A stretch of 64,000 bases of DNA, from NCBI GenBank assembly GCA_951406725.2, contig OX597820.1:75082001-75146000 (forward strand). Direction: 5' to 3'. The notes beneath the pieces are model-generated. The model was not told the origin of the DNA. It did no database searches and worked only from the letters and a program-made list of their open reading frames with translations. The position numbers and the translations under genes were made by a program. The stretch is from Octopus vulgaris (lineage: Eukaryota). Shown in pieces: positions 1 to 10,347 of the stretch; position 1 is the first letter of the stretch, and every line of letters begins with the position of its first letter.

Positions 1-415
1 AAAAAAAACATTTTCAATGTGTTGTGAAGAATTTCATTTCTAGTGTATGGGTCCTGGGAGGTTTCTCTTCCCAACAGGGATTGTTTGAACTGTCCGTTTT
101 CGTTTGTTACAGTAAAAAAATAATCATCAAATAGACCATGTTTCTTCTAGGTGAACATAACAATTATTGACACTCTACAAAGGCCAGGTGGAAACCATTT
201 AGAATATTACTACTGTCGCACATATTTTAATCACATCCAGAAAAGAATCTCTTAATTGTATTGAATAAAGTTAATTACAGAAACATTCTAGCCTCTAGTT
301 GTTGAGTATGAAGTTGCCTCTTTCTGTTCTTCTTTATACTACTACTTCGCATCTTGAAAATGTGCGTATGTGTGTGTGTGTGTGTGTGTGTGCTTAAGCA
401 TCGGTGTTTCAGCGT

Positions 416-725
416 GTGAAGGCGCATGGTTTAGTGGCTAGCGTGTCGCAGTCACGACCTCTAGACCCTGATTTCAATTCTTAGATCGGCTGGTGTGTTG
501 TGTTCTTGAACAAAACACTTCATCTCACCTTGCTTTGAGATCACTTTGATACTTGATGCATGGTATACATAATGCACATCTTCATGCAATGTCAATTTCA
601 TGGAGGGAGTCAGCTAATACACATCACATACATTTGATAACTAAAAACAAATTAATTGTGTAGGTCGATCGGTGAAAGCTGAACGCTCATACGGCATCTT
701 CGACCAATAGAGTCCATTATGTTCG
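416..725 (+). mobile_element. Degenerate tRNA-derived SINE with CORE-like segment (family B-type head)
   Basis: Head GTGAAGGCGCATGGTTTAGTGG (A-box-like), then TTGTGTTCTTGAACAAAACACTTCATCTCACCTTGCT. This matches the head of the 2535-2855 copy; a similar copy lies at about 62440-62640. Confidence 0.7.
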
Positions 726-810
726 TATGTTTATTCTTTGTGTGTGCTGTAACCCGTTCTTCGATATGGTCCTCCATGTTTTCGACCCTTGTGGCCAGTA
801 AAGGAAATCA

Positions 811-827
811 TTCTTCTTCTTCTTCTT

Positions 828-858
<31 letters not shown>

Positions 859-870
859 TTATTATTATTA
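811..870. repeat. (TTC)n-(TTA)n microsatellite
   Basis: Directly visible; it explains the poly-R/poly-I ORF at 731..937. Confidence 0.95.
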
Positions 871-1777
871 TGTTTAAATGAGGCCAGACTTGCTGTTTTA
901 GAATATTGTAAAGTTCTTTTCCGAAAAGCGAAGTCATTAACGCTAATCTCCCTTTGTGCAGGTACTATTTATTCGCTTGACAAAGATGTCGCTGCTTTCG
1001 AGGCCTGCAACGGAAATTTGAGATTGAAGAACCGTATACTTGTGAAGTTGCGGTAGGATAGAGGAGGCACGATATGTAATCAGGATACTTAGAGCTGGTA
1101 GTGAAATCACAATGCATTTCGTCCAATTATCTAACAAATTTGTGAATCCATATCCTTGGGGTCATAGTTTATTTCAATTTAACCAATATAAAATTTGATG
1201 AAAGATGCAATGATTCAGAAGAAATACCATAACACATTCTATATGATACTGTAATTATTCTGACAAGTCGACGTTAAATCTGCTGTCATAAGTATAATAA
1301 CCGCTCAAAGTCAGGGGACGTTGCTTAAGGACCTCATGCGCATGGAGAAAAATAGATTACTTATTTGAAACTTCACTTATTACACTGAATAATAATTCGC
1401 ACATTTCATATAAGAGACACTAAAAAAGCTGCTTAAACAGTTTTACGTTAAGGAAAAAATATTCATAAACTCAACGAAAACGTGTTAAATTTTAGTAAGT
1501 AGTGGAGACTACACGCCGCAAAGTTCTCTCATACGCGTAAACCAGACACTTGACTTCAAGCGCAACATTACATTCATGAATTGACATTATTAATTGAGTT
1601 AATGTTGTCTTTTCATTACTACATGATCATATTTGAAATTAGGAGGAACTTAACGCTAACTGGATGAAATATGTTAAATGCGACGTAACTCAAATAGATT
1701 AATAAAGAAGAAGTATATATTTGAATAGAAACATGAATACAAATACAGTATTTATTATATATATATATGTGTGTGTC

Positions 1778-1825
<48 letters not shown>

Positions 1826-1849
1826 CGTGTGTGTGTGTGTATGTTTGTA

Positions 1850-2047
1850 TGTCTGTGTTTGTCCCCCAACAAAGCTTGACAACCGATGCTGGTGTGTTTA
1901 CGTCCCCGTAACTTAGCAGTTCCGCAAAAGACACCGATGGAATAAGTACTACGCTTACAAAGAATAAGTATTGGGATCGATTTTCTCGACTAAAAGGCGG
2001 TGCTCCAGCATGGCCGCAGTCAAATGCCTGAAACAAATAAAAGAAAA
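1850..2047 (+). mobile_element. SINE family A, 3' half, between (TG)n and (TA)n tracts
   Basis: GTTTGTCCCCC...CCGTAACTTAGC...GGTGCTCCAGCATGGCCGCAGTCAAATG is shared with many other copies in the window (e.g. 37224-37625). Confidence 0.85.
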
Positions 2048-2050
2048 CGA

Positions 2051-2091
<41 letters not shown>

Positions 2092-2534
2092 CATACGTAA
2101 TATCTTGGATGCAAGCTGGAAAGCTAACATTGGTTGCAGAGCATGGATAGTTATTTGTATTTACTTCAGTTGTATTATCATATTTCTTAACAGTTTTACA
2201 GACAGAAACTGAAAAATCTTTGTATATTTTACCTGATGACTTGATGAGTGAACGTAAGGCAGGTGTATTTGAAGCACCGAGATTTAAGTACATACACGCA
2301 AACACACATACTCACACACACACACACACATTACGTATACACACATACACACATTACGTATATACACGCATACAAAATTACAAAAACAAAATACGCAGAG
2401 ACAGTTGTGTACTCGCAGGAAAACGAATGCATAACTATTATTGGTATGTGTGGATCGTTATCGCTAAGTAGCTTCGATGATTGGGTATATATGTATTGCT
2501 GCTAAACCTCATGTCAGTATTTCGCCAACAGGAG

Positions 2535-2855
2535 CATTCCGTCGGTTACGACGAGGAGGGTCCCAGCTGATAGGATCAACGGAATAACCTACTCGTGAAA
2601 TTAACGTGCAAGTGACTGAGCAATCCACAGACACGCGTACCCTTAACGTAGTTCTCAGGGAGATTCAGTGTGACACAAAGAACGACAAGGCCGGTCCTTT
2701 GAAATACATGTACTACTCATTTTTGCCAGCTGCGTCGACTGGAGCAACGTGAAATAAAGTGTCTTGCTCAAGGACACAATGCGTCGCCGGGAATCGAACT
2801 CACGACCTTACAATCGTGAGCCGAATGCCCTAACCACTAAGCCACGCGCCTTCAC
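2535..2855 (-). mobile_element. Full-length tRNA-derived CORE-type SINE (family B)
   Basis: Minus strand begins GTGAAGGCGCGTGGCTTAGTGGTTAGG (A box)...GAGTTCGATTCCC (B box), then TGTGTCCTTGAGCAAGACACTT (CORE-like). The 3' tail is shared with 19062-19376 and 35400-35775. Confidence 0.85.
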
Positions 2856-4085
2856 ATTTCGCCTATACTTATATAATCAACATATAATTCCAACCGTCTC
2901 CGTTCAGCATATCATGTATTGCACCTCCAGCAAGACATGGGGCGTTTTGCTGGAGGTGCTTTTGTTATTTTTGACATATCTTACGTCGGTGCAGAAATAC
3001 TCTTGTAACTTTTTATCTGCATATTTGTATGTATCGGTAAATGCATACAATGACATATAACCGACTTATTACACGAATAAAAAATGCATACGGTGCATTC
3101 TAATAATATTTATGATGTTGCACTATGGCGGAAATAGCCTGCCTCTTTGTCTGCGTTCTATAGTGTAACTGTCCGTTTCTGCGTGAGCGAGTTTCTATGT
3201 GTGTATGTGTATCTGTGTGTGTCCATGTGCGTATGCGTAGGTATGTGCGCCTGCGTGCTGTGCTTATGTATATACATGCATAAATATATAGTTATTTATT
3301 TATCTGTGTATATACATACAAATATAGATCTGCACACATATACATGTACGCAAGCATGTTTGTATGCATATATGTATGAATGCACGAATTTCTAGTAATT
3401 CACTGTGTTTTATCTCAGTAAATCTTATTAATGACTTGCTAGTTTGTTAATTATATTTTCGTGAATAGTTATTTCGCTAATGTGCTGTTTCAGCTGTTTA
3501 TACTGTCAATAGATTAACATAGTAGATCTGAACGAACAGAACATCATATACTAAAACTGCATTATGGCTTTGGCATATAATCATGGTGCGTATAATGAGT
3601 TTAATTGGATCTGCACCTTTAACGACGTGGAATTTATAACACCTCTTGTTAGTGATTATTGGGTAACCTCTTAATGCACTACAATGAATGTGATCATTGA
3701 TCAAGAAATTTTTATTGTTAACGATATGAGTATATACGACTTGGCTCAGCATTAATGGAAAAGAAGGCTGTGTTATTGTAGGAATAATTTCAGAAACAAC
3801 TTCATTGTTTCACAACGAAAATTTAATGATACAAACATTTCTTTCGATGAATTCCAAAGGATGTCGTCAAAAACGATTATTACCTTATATTTATTTATCA
3901 AAATCGTTTGTACCGCGCAGTTCAAAATTAGACCTAGCTTTATAACATCGATAACATTATATAGTGGCTCTACACGTCTCTTGATTTATCAAATTTGTCT
4001 ATATTTTAATTATAACGGATGCAATAAATATAGATATGTATTTTCAGTTGTTATTGATTAAGACATTCTCTCTTTCTCTCTTTCT

Positions 4086-4465
4086 CTCTTTTACTTGTTT
4101 CAGTCATTTGACTGCGGCCATGCTGGAGCACCGCCTTTAATCGAGCAACTCGACCCCGGGACTTATTCTTTTGTAAGCCCAGTACTTATTCTATCGGTCT
4201 CTTTTGCCGAACCGCTAAGTGACGGGGACGTAAACACACCAGCATCGGTTGTCAAACAATGCTAGGGGGACATACACAGACACACAAACATACACACACA
4301 CACATATATATATATACATATATACGACGGGCTTCTTTCAGTTTCCGTCTACCAAATCCACTCACAAGGCATTGGTCGGCCCGGGGCTATAGCAGAAGAC
4401 ACTTGCCCAAGGTGCCACGCAGTGGGACTGAACCCGGAACCATGTGGTTGGTTAGCAAGCTACTT
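4086..4465 (-). mobile_element. SINE family A body, interrupted in its tRNA-like head by a 2.2-kb insertion
   Basis: Near-consensus family A sequence stops at 4465 and resumes at 6694-6732 (…ACCACACAGCCACTCCTGCGCC). Confidence 0.9.
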
Positions 4466-6693
4466 TATTTCAAAACATTTGCCATAAAGGCAGTACACAG
4501 ATTAAGTTAGCTTTGCGGGCTGGACGAGGACATTAATGAGGTGAATGATAATGAAAGAAAGATGATAAGGATGGGAGAAGACAGAAAGCGCCCGCCGACG
4601 TTTGCTTCTCTAAAACATTGTTCTTTTTAAAAAAGATTAACACAAAACGAGGTATTAAACCTCTTACAATTTTTCCAATTTTGGGCTTAGCAGTCCATTA
4701 TTAATACAAAACGAGGTATTAATCCTCTTACAATTTTTCAATTTTTGGACTTAAGTCCATTACTAATAATACATATCGTCCTCGAAATAGCTTGTGCCCG
4801 CGCCCTCCACCATCAACCACGCCTCCCTCAGAACGTAGTCAAGTTCCGAGTTCGCGTCGCCCGGGACCAAGTTATAGTCTTCATTGAGCTCCTTTAGCCC
4901 TAGCGTCACGTCGAACGCCACGGCCTCCACAGCTACCTGCGGAGGCCATTCGGGGTCATGTGTGAAGGCTAAAGGTGCTCCCTTGTAGTGCTCTTCCATC
5001 ACTTTTTCAATTTCTCCTCCTCTATAGAAGAGGACCAATACATTCAGTTCTTTCGTTGGCGGCACAGTCTCCGCCAACGGTATTCCTTCTCTTGTCGGTG
5101 GCACAACCCCAACCGACGTAGTTCCGCGACATTCCGGTGCCACACTGACAGCCGGCAACGTCCCGTTTTTCTTCCTCTTTTTCTTTTTTTTTTCCCTTTT
5201 CAACTGAGGGAGGGTGCGTCTCCTCCGTGGCTGGAAGATTCGCCCTCCTCTCCTCATCCCTATTATCCTTTGGTGAGCACCCATTGTTGCTCACCTTCCT
5301 CTTTCGGCCTCTGCTTGAGGAGTCCTCTGCTTTCTCGGCCGTTATCGTTCCCTCTTCTAGAGGGGTTTTACTTAACTGTTCCGGGATCCTATTTTGTTCC
5401 CGAGGACAGTTCTTCTTTATGTGGCCGGACTCCAAGCACCGATGACACTTAGGGGGGCGACCCTCAAGCATCACCGGGTACCTGCACCCGGCCATTTTCA
5501 AAAAATCTGGAAAAACCAGATTGGCTGATTGGGTCCACAGGGTCAAAACTGCTTTCGAGCCAACCCAAGCAGCCGCAGGAAGAACTTTTACATTGAGGAG
5601 CTTAGTTTCGCTGTCACCCAGACCCCGGCGGATAGTCTCCTCTATCCACTCGGGTTCTATGTCGGGTGGCAGTCCGCAGATCCAAGCTTTCATCAATTTC
5701 TTTTTTTGTAAGTGGGCAGGAATAAGATTTCCTTACCCTCCAAGGGTTCGCTAGCAAATTTGCAAGCCTCTTCAGGGGTGTCAAACAGCAACCACACCGT
5801 TCCATATTTGACACCCCTGGAAATGAATTTAATTGTTGGCAAATACTCCTCCAACTCCTCCTCAATTGCCGTCTTTTCGAATAGGGCGATGGTGTCAAGT
5901 GCCTTGGAGTAGGTTCTCAACACCACCGTCCTATCTTCACGGTCCTTCAACCACTTTTTGGGTGGTATGATTTCCCACTCCAAAACTTTGTTATTTTTCA
6001 TTGCCATGTTTTTTAAAAAATATATTCAAATTAGACTCAAAAGCAGGAAGAAAATAGTTCAAAAGTCTAAATAAATTTGATAGATTTTTGAAAAAACAAA
6101 AAGGAGAAAGCACAACAGAAGGGAAGAAATTAACGGAAAGTCGCAATAAAGAAAAAACAAAATGAAGTTCAAAAGAAAGTTAATAAACAGAAAAAACACA
6201 GCAAAAATATTCTGGCCTTGCGGTACTCCCGGCCTGGGTTGAACCTGGAACACCGCAACTGCAACACAACCTCCACAAAAAGGTCCGAAAGGTAATCCAA
6301 TAGTGGCTTATTTTTATACTTTTCTTGCGAAGTACTCTGACAAGGGAATAAATTCAACAAATCCAAACACAGCACTGGCTACCGCCAACGGTGATTTTAA
6401 CAGTAACTGTATTGAATTCTGAGGATATGCCCCTCCACTGTTTTTTCTTTTTTTTTTTTTTTTTCAATGAACACAAAAACGGCAGCCGCCTAGCGCAGGC
6501 GAAATTGTCTCAGAGTTGGACACAACCTACTGAAATAATAATTGGCACGCAATAAATTATGCCCAACTCACAATAAACAAAATCACTTACCTCGACAACT
6601 TTCCGTTTTTGGTCTTTTTTCTTTAGTTGGAAGGAGCTTTTTACTCACGTCCACTCTAGCTCAACAGGAAGCAACCGACTAACTGCGCATGTG
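4466..6693 (-). mobile_element. Non-autonomous L1/Tx1-like non-LTR element encoding only ORF1 (HAL1-like organisation), with a 17-bp TSD
   Basis: The direct repeat TGGTTAGCAAGCTACTT occurs at 4449-4465 and 6694-6710. It encloses a ~690-bp 5' UTR, a gag-like ORF with a CCHC knuckle and a ~300-bp 3' UTR. No RT or endonuclease motifs lie between the TSDs. Confidence 0.8.
4763..6007 (-). pseudogene. Gag-like ORF1 (~414 aa) broken by two compensating homopolymer frameshifts
   Basis: ORFs 5693..6007, 5022..5696 and 4763..5284 join at T-runs 5701-5707 and 5184-5193. The first and last pieces share a frame (1245 nt total). CHRCLESGHIKKNC fits C-X2-C-X4-H-X4-C. Confidence 0.8.
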
Positions 6694-6732
6694 TGGTTAG
6701 CAAGCTACTTACCACACAGCCACTCCTGCGCC
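6694..6732 (-). mobile_element. Detached 5' head of the interrupted family A SINE
   Basis: Minus strand reads GGCGCAGGAGTGGCTGTGTGGTAAGTAGCTTGC, matching family A 5' ends (cf. 37224 and 30602). Confidence 0.9.
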
Positions 6733-6815
6733 TATTCAGTATTGATGTCTGAATATTTCAGAGTTGCGTTTGCTACTTTCGGTCAACGATTCAGAGTTTG
6801 CTCTGCTTCAGAGTA

Positions 6816-7069
6816 CAGTAATCCCTCGACTATCGCGCGTGTTACGTTCCAAGACCTGCCAAAGAAATACTTAACATCTAAAAATATATGAAACCCGGAT
6901 ATACTGAGGAGTCCGCAATATAAATTTACATACGTTGCAATTATGCACTGAGTGCGTGATAGGTGAACCGCGATGTACCGAGTGCGCGATAAGTGAACCG
7001 CGATGTACTGTGTGCGTGATAGGTAAACCCCCATGTACTGAGTGCGCGATAGGTGAAGCGCAATTACTG
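6816..7069. mobile_element. Tigger/pogo-like MITE with four 30-bp internal repeats
   Basis: Left end is TA|CAGTAATCCCTCGACTATCGCG; the right end has a residual ATTACTG. The 30-bp units ATGTACTGAGTGCGCGATAGGTGAACCGCG run 6943-7061. Confidence 0.6.
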
Positions 7070-7463
7070 CAAACATAACCATTCAACTACTTGATGACCT
7101 ATCACGCCTTTTAGGTGTTGAACACTCTTCGTACTTCGATAGTAGTGAACCGTTACGAAAGACTGATCTATCAAATCGTGCCTACAGAGATTCTAAAGAA
7201 CTGTAGGTAAATTATAACTCATGAACTTCATACTGATATTAGCAGAGCTACAAACGTACTAACCTATCATATCCTTCAATAGAATTACAATGATGTTTGC
7301 GTTCTGTTTAATATAAACACATTCATATACTATTATGTATAATTCCAGTTGCATTTGCAGTTCATTGTTAGTTCTAACAACGCTTGATTTTCCCCTAATG
7401 AAACGAGGGCAAGATGTTTTATAGAGAAGTATAGTATGAACAAATGGCGTCAATAATTTAGTG

Positions 7464-7852
7464 GGCGAGCTGGCAGAATCGTTAGCACGCCGGGCGAAAT
7501 GCTTAGCGGTATTTCGTCTGCCGTTACGTTCTGAGTTCAAAGTCCGCCGAGGTCGACTTTGCCTTTCATCCTTTCAAGATCGATAAATAAGTACCAGTTA
7601 TGCACTGGGGTCGATGTAATCGACTTAATCCGTTTGCCTGTCCTTGTTTGTCTCCTCTGTGTTCAGCCTCTTGTGGGTAGTAAAGAAATAGGTATTTCGT
7701 CTCTCTTTATGTTTTGAGTTCAAATTCCGCCGAGGTTGGCTTTGCCTTTCACCCTTTCGGAGTCGATAAATTAAGTACCAGTTGCGTAGTGAGGTCGATC
7801 TAATCGACTGGCCCTATCCCCCAAACTTTCGGACCTTATACCTTGAAAAAGG
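7464..7852 (+). mobile_element. SINE family C (internally dimeric)
   Basis: Head GGCGAGCTGGCAGAATCGTTAGC, then two copies of GAGTTCAAA.TCCGCCGAGGT..CTTTGCCTTTCA.CCTTTC...GATAAA..AAGTACCAG. The same element occurs at 51756-52136 and 60025-60414. Confidence 0.9.
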
Positions 7853-8928
7853 AAAAGCTCTTTTACATACAATACTCTATTTACATGGCACCGCGTTGAA
7901 TGGATTTGGAAAGCTGAGTGACTAAACTTAAAGAAATTAGTATTAACACTTTGGTTATCCTCAGTATTGCATGTGATTCCCAGGACATATTTCCTTGGTG
8001 TCCAAGCAACACATTCCCAACTTCTGTTCAACAACAAGAGAAATTAAGGGCTTATGAAATGAAAGCTTCATATTACTGGGAATGTATGAAACAAGAACTA
8101 AACGAAAGTCCAAAAACAAGCATAGTTATAAAGGACAAACTTAGGGAAATGCTTTGGACTGGTAAAAGTTAAAATACTGTCATGTATTTCTTCTGACGCA
8201 CCAGTGACTTGCCATTTCTCCGATCCTGCAGCGTTTAATAATATATAATGCAAGGCTCAATAATAGTCTGGTACATGACATATATTACCGGCATCAAGTT
8301 AGCTTGTGTTATCTTTCTGTGTTATTTATCTCGAAAATGGACATCTAACTAACTAAATATTTCGAACTATACAATTCTTTTATCGAATTTGCAATTAACG
8401 TTGCAATTATGCGAAATCCTACTGGCAATTAATATTGCAATTAACGTTGCAATTAAATGACGTATATGAACGATAAGGATAACTTTCTCAGTTATTCAAC
8501 TGTAATTTATAATTATGTGAGTGCAATGACTCAATACCGCCATCTTCCAATGACGAAGAAGTAAAAGTATGTTCCTTCACGACAATTATATTCTAAAATT
8601 AGTGATGGTATAGAATGTAGTTGAAACAAGATCTGCAATTCAAATTTAGAGAGTGTTATCTTTTTTATTTAATTCTAATTGAATTTGTATGACTTTGGGT
8701 TTTGTTTTCTGAATAAAACCATGGTAATTTGATTTAGGTAATCAAAGTATACTCTTGGAATGACAGAGAGTGGAATTTTCGTTGCAGCATTCGGGATTTG
8801 ATCATTCTTTCCCGTTATTTTCGATAATGAAATGTCTATTACAGATTGACAAGGCTTGATCATCCACATACATACAATAGAATTTGCTGGAGATCTCATA
8901 TACATACATACATACATACATACATACA

Positions 8929-8960
<32 letters not shown>

Positions 8961-9121
8961 CATATATATGTGTGTGCGTGTGTGTATGTGTGTGTGTGTG
9001 TATATGTATATATATATATTAGAAGAAATGAGGTAATCAGAAGATCGGATGGTTTATTTTTACAGATATTTATTTATATATTACATTTTTTATATATATA
9101 TATATCATATCACTTAGATCA

Positions 9122-9160
9122 TTAGCGCTTTCTCCCATTCTAGTGGGGTTTTCAAATCAG
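9122..9160 (-). ncRNA. Variant minimal hammerhead-like motif
   Basis: Minus strand: CTGATTTGAAAAC-CCCA CTAGAA TGGG-A-GAAA-GCGC-TA (stem II, GAAA, palindromic helix III, UA). The core is non-canonical. Confidence 0.4.
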
Positions 9161-9748
9161 ACTGAGTTCCTGTGTGGAGAATTTTAATCATTTTATAGAG
9201 TTTCGTAGTAGTGGGGAGGAATATAAGACGGTACAAGGGGATGAGATGGATGAGGAGAAAGTGAGAGAGAGAACATGTGTGTGTGTGTGTGTGTGTGTGT
9301 GTTTGTATCTGAGGTGAGTGCTAAAGAGAAAGAGGGGAAGGGAGAGGGAAGAAGAAGGAAATAATTGTTTTGATCTGCTGGACAGAATATTGACTCCAAG
9401 GGGGTTCTAAGAATTTCAGCTTTGACCACTTCACAGTGTCACTGAGTGTGTGGTGGCGGGGAGGTAGGCCATAAATTATATTTCTTTTTATCATTGTGAG
9501 AATGGTCAAATGCTTTTTTGGGTTTAAGAATTCTTTCCGCTTTTTATGATCGTTTTGTGGAGGTGTGTGTCTGTGTGTGTGTCTGTGTGTGTGTCCGTGT
9601 GTGTGTCCGTGACCGTGTGTGTTTGTGTGTGTGTGTCTGTGTGCGTGTGCGTGTGTCTGTGTGTTTGGAGAAGGGAAGAGAGACAAAAAAAAAGAAAAAG
9701 AAAAATAAGGGAGGAAGGGGAAAAAATTGTGTTGATATTTATACCGCT

Positions 9749-10211
9749 ATATATACATGCTTATACATGAAATATTAGAAAAAAACCTTTTATCGATTCA
9801 AAATGAACAACTAAATTACACCATCTTGAAAATTGTATATCATAGGAAAGTTGAAATTAAAGTGACAATTAAAAGGTAAAGATGAAGTAAATTATAAAAA
9901 TAATATAATGTATATAACAGGCAATATATATATATACACACACACACATATATATATACATATACACACATATACTAAATGTTCTACTATATTAGATTGT
10001 AAATCGAAAGATGTGTCCTTCAATGTCACTATATATATATATACATGCTTATACATGAAATATTAGAAAAAAAACCACCTTTTATCGATTCAAAATGAAC
10101 AATCAAATTACACCATCTTGAAAATTGCAAATCATAGGAAGGTTAAAATTAAAATGACAATTAGCAAATATAACAGGTAATACACACACACACACACACA
10201 CACACATACAC

Positions 10212-10278
<67 letters not shown>

Positions 10279-10330
10279 TATTAAATGTTCTACTATATTA
10301 TATTGTAAATCGAGAGATTTGTCTTTCAAT
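9749..10330. repeat. Two diverged ~290-bp tandem units in the PLE 3' region
   Basis: ATACATGCTTATACATGAAATATTAGAAAAAAA...TAAATGTTCTACTATATTA...CAATGT occurs twice (from about 9750 and about 10040). Confidence 0.85.
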
Positions 10331-10347
10331 GTATGATGAGTAAAATT

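Noticed and set aside
2780-2855. tRNA genes at SINE heads (also 35400-35470 and 37224-37285)
   Set aside because: A and B boxes are present, but each continues into a SINE body and no complete cloverleaf with an acceptor stem is evident.
4988-5452. Plus-strand ORFs overlapping ORF1
   Set aside because: They are antisense shadows of the GC-richer ORF1 with no recognisable motifs.
5693-5710. Programmed -1 ribosomal frameshift in ORF1
   Set aside because: The A-run is not phased as a canonical X XXY YYZ heptamer, and a compensating homopolymer indel lies downstream. An error or decay is simpler.
6943-7061. 30-bp repeats as a CRISPR array
   Set aside because: The units are contiguous with no unique spacers, there are no cas genes, and the context is a eukaryotic MITE.
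8385-8457. Clustered TTGCAATTAACGTTGCAATT palindromic words
   Set aside because: Short and AT-rich; explained by a small local duplication.
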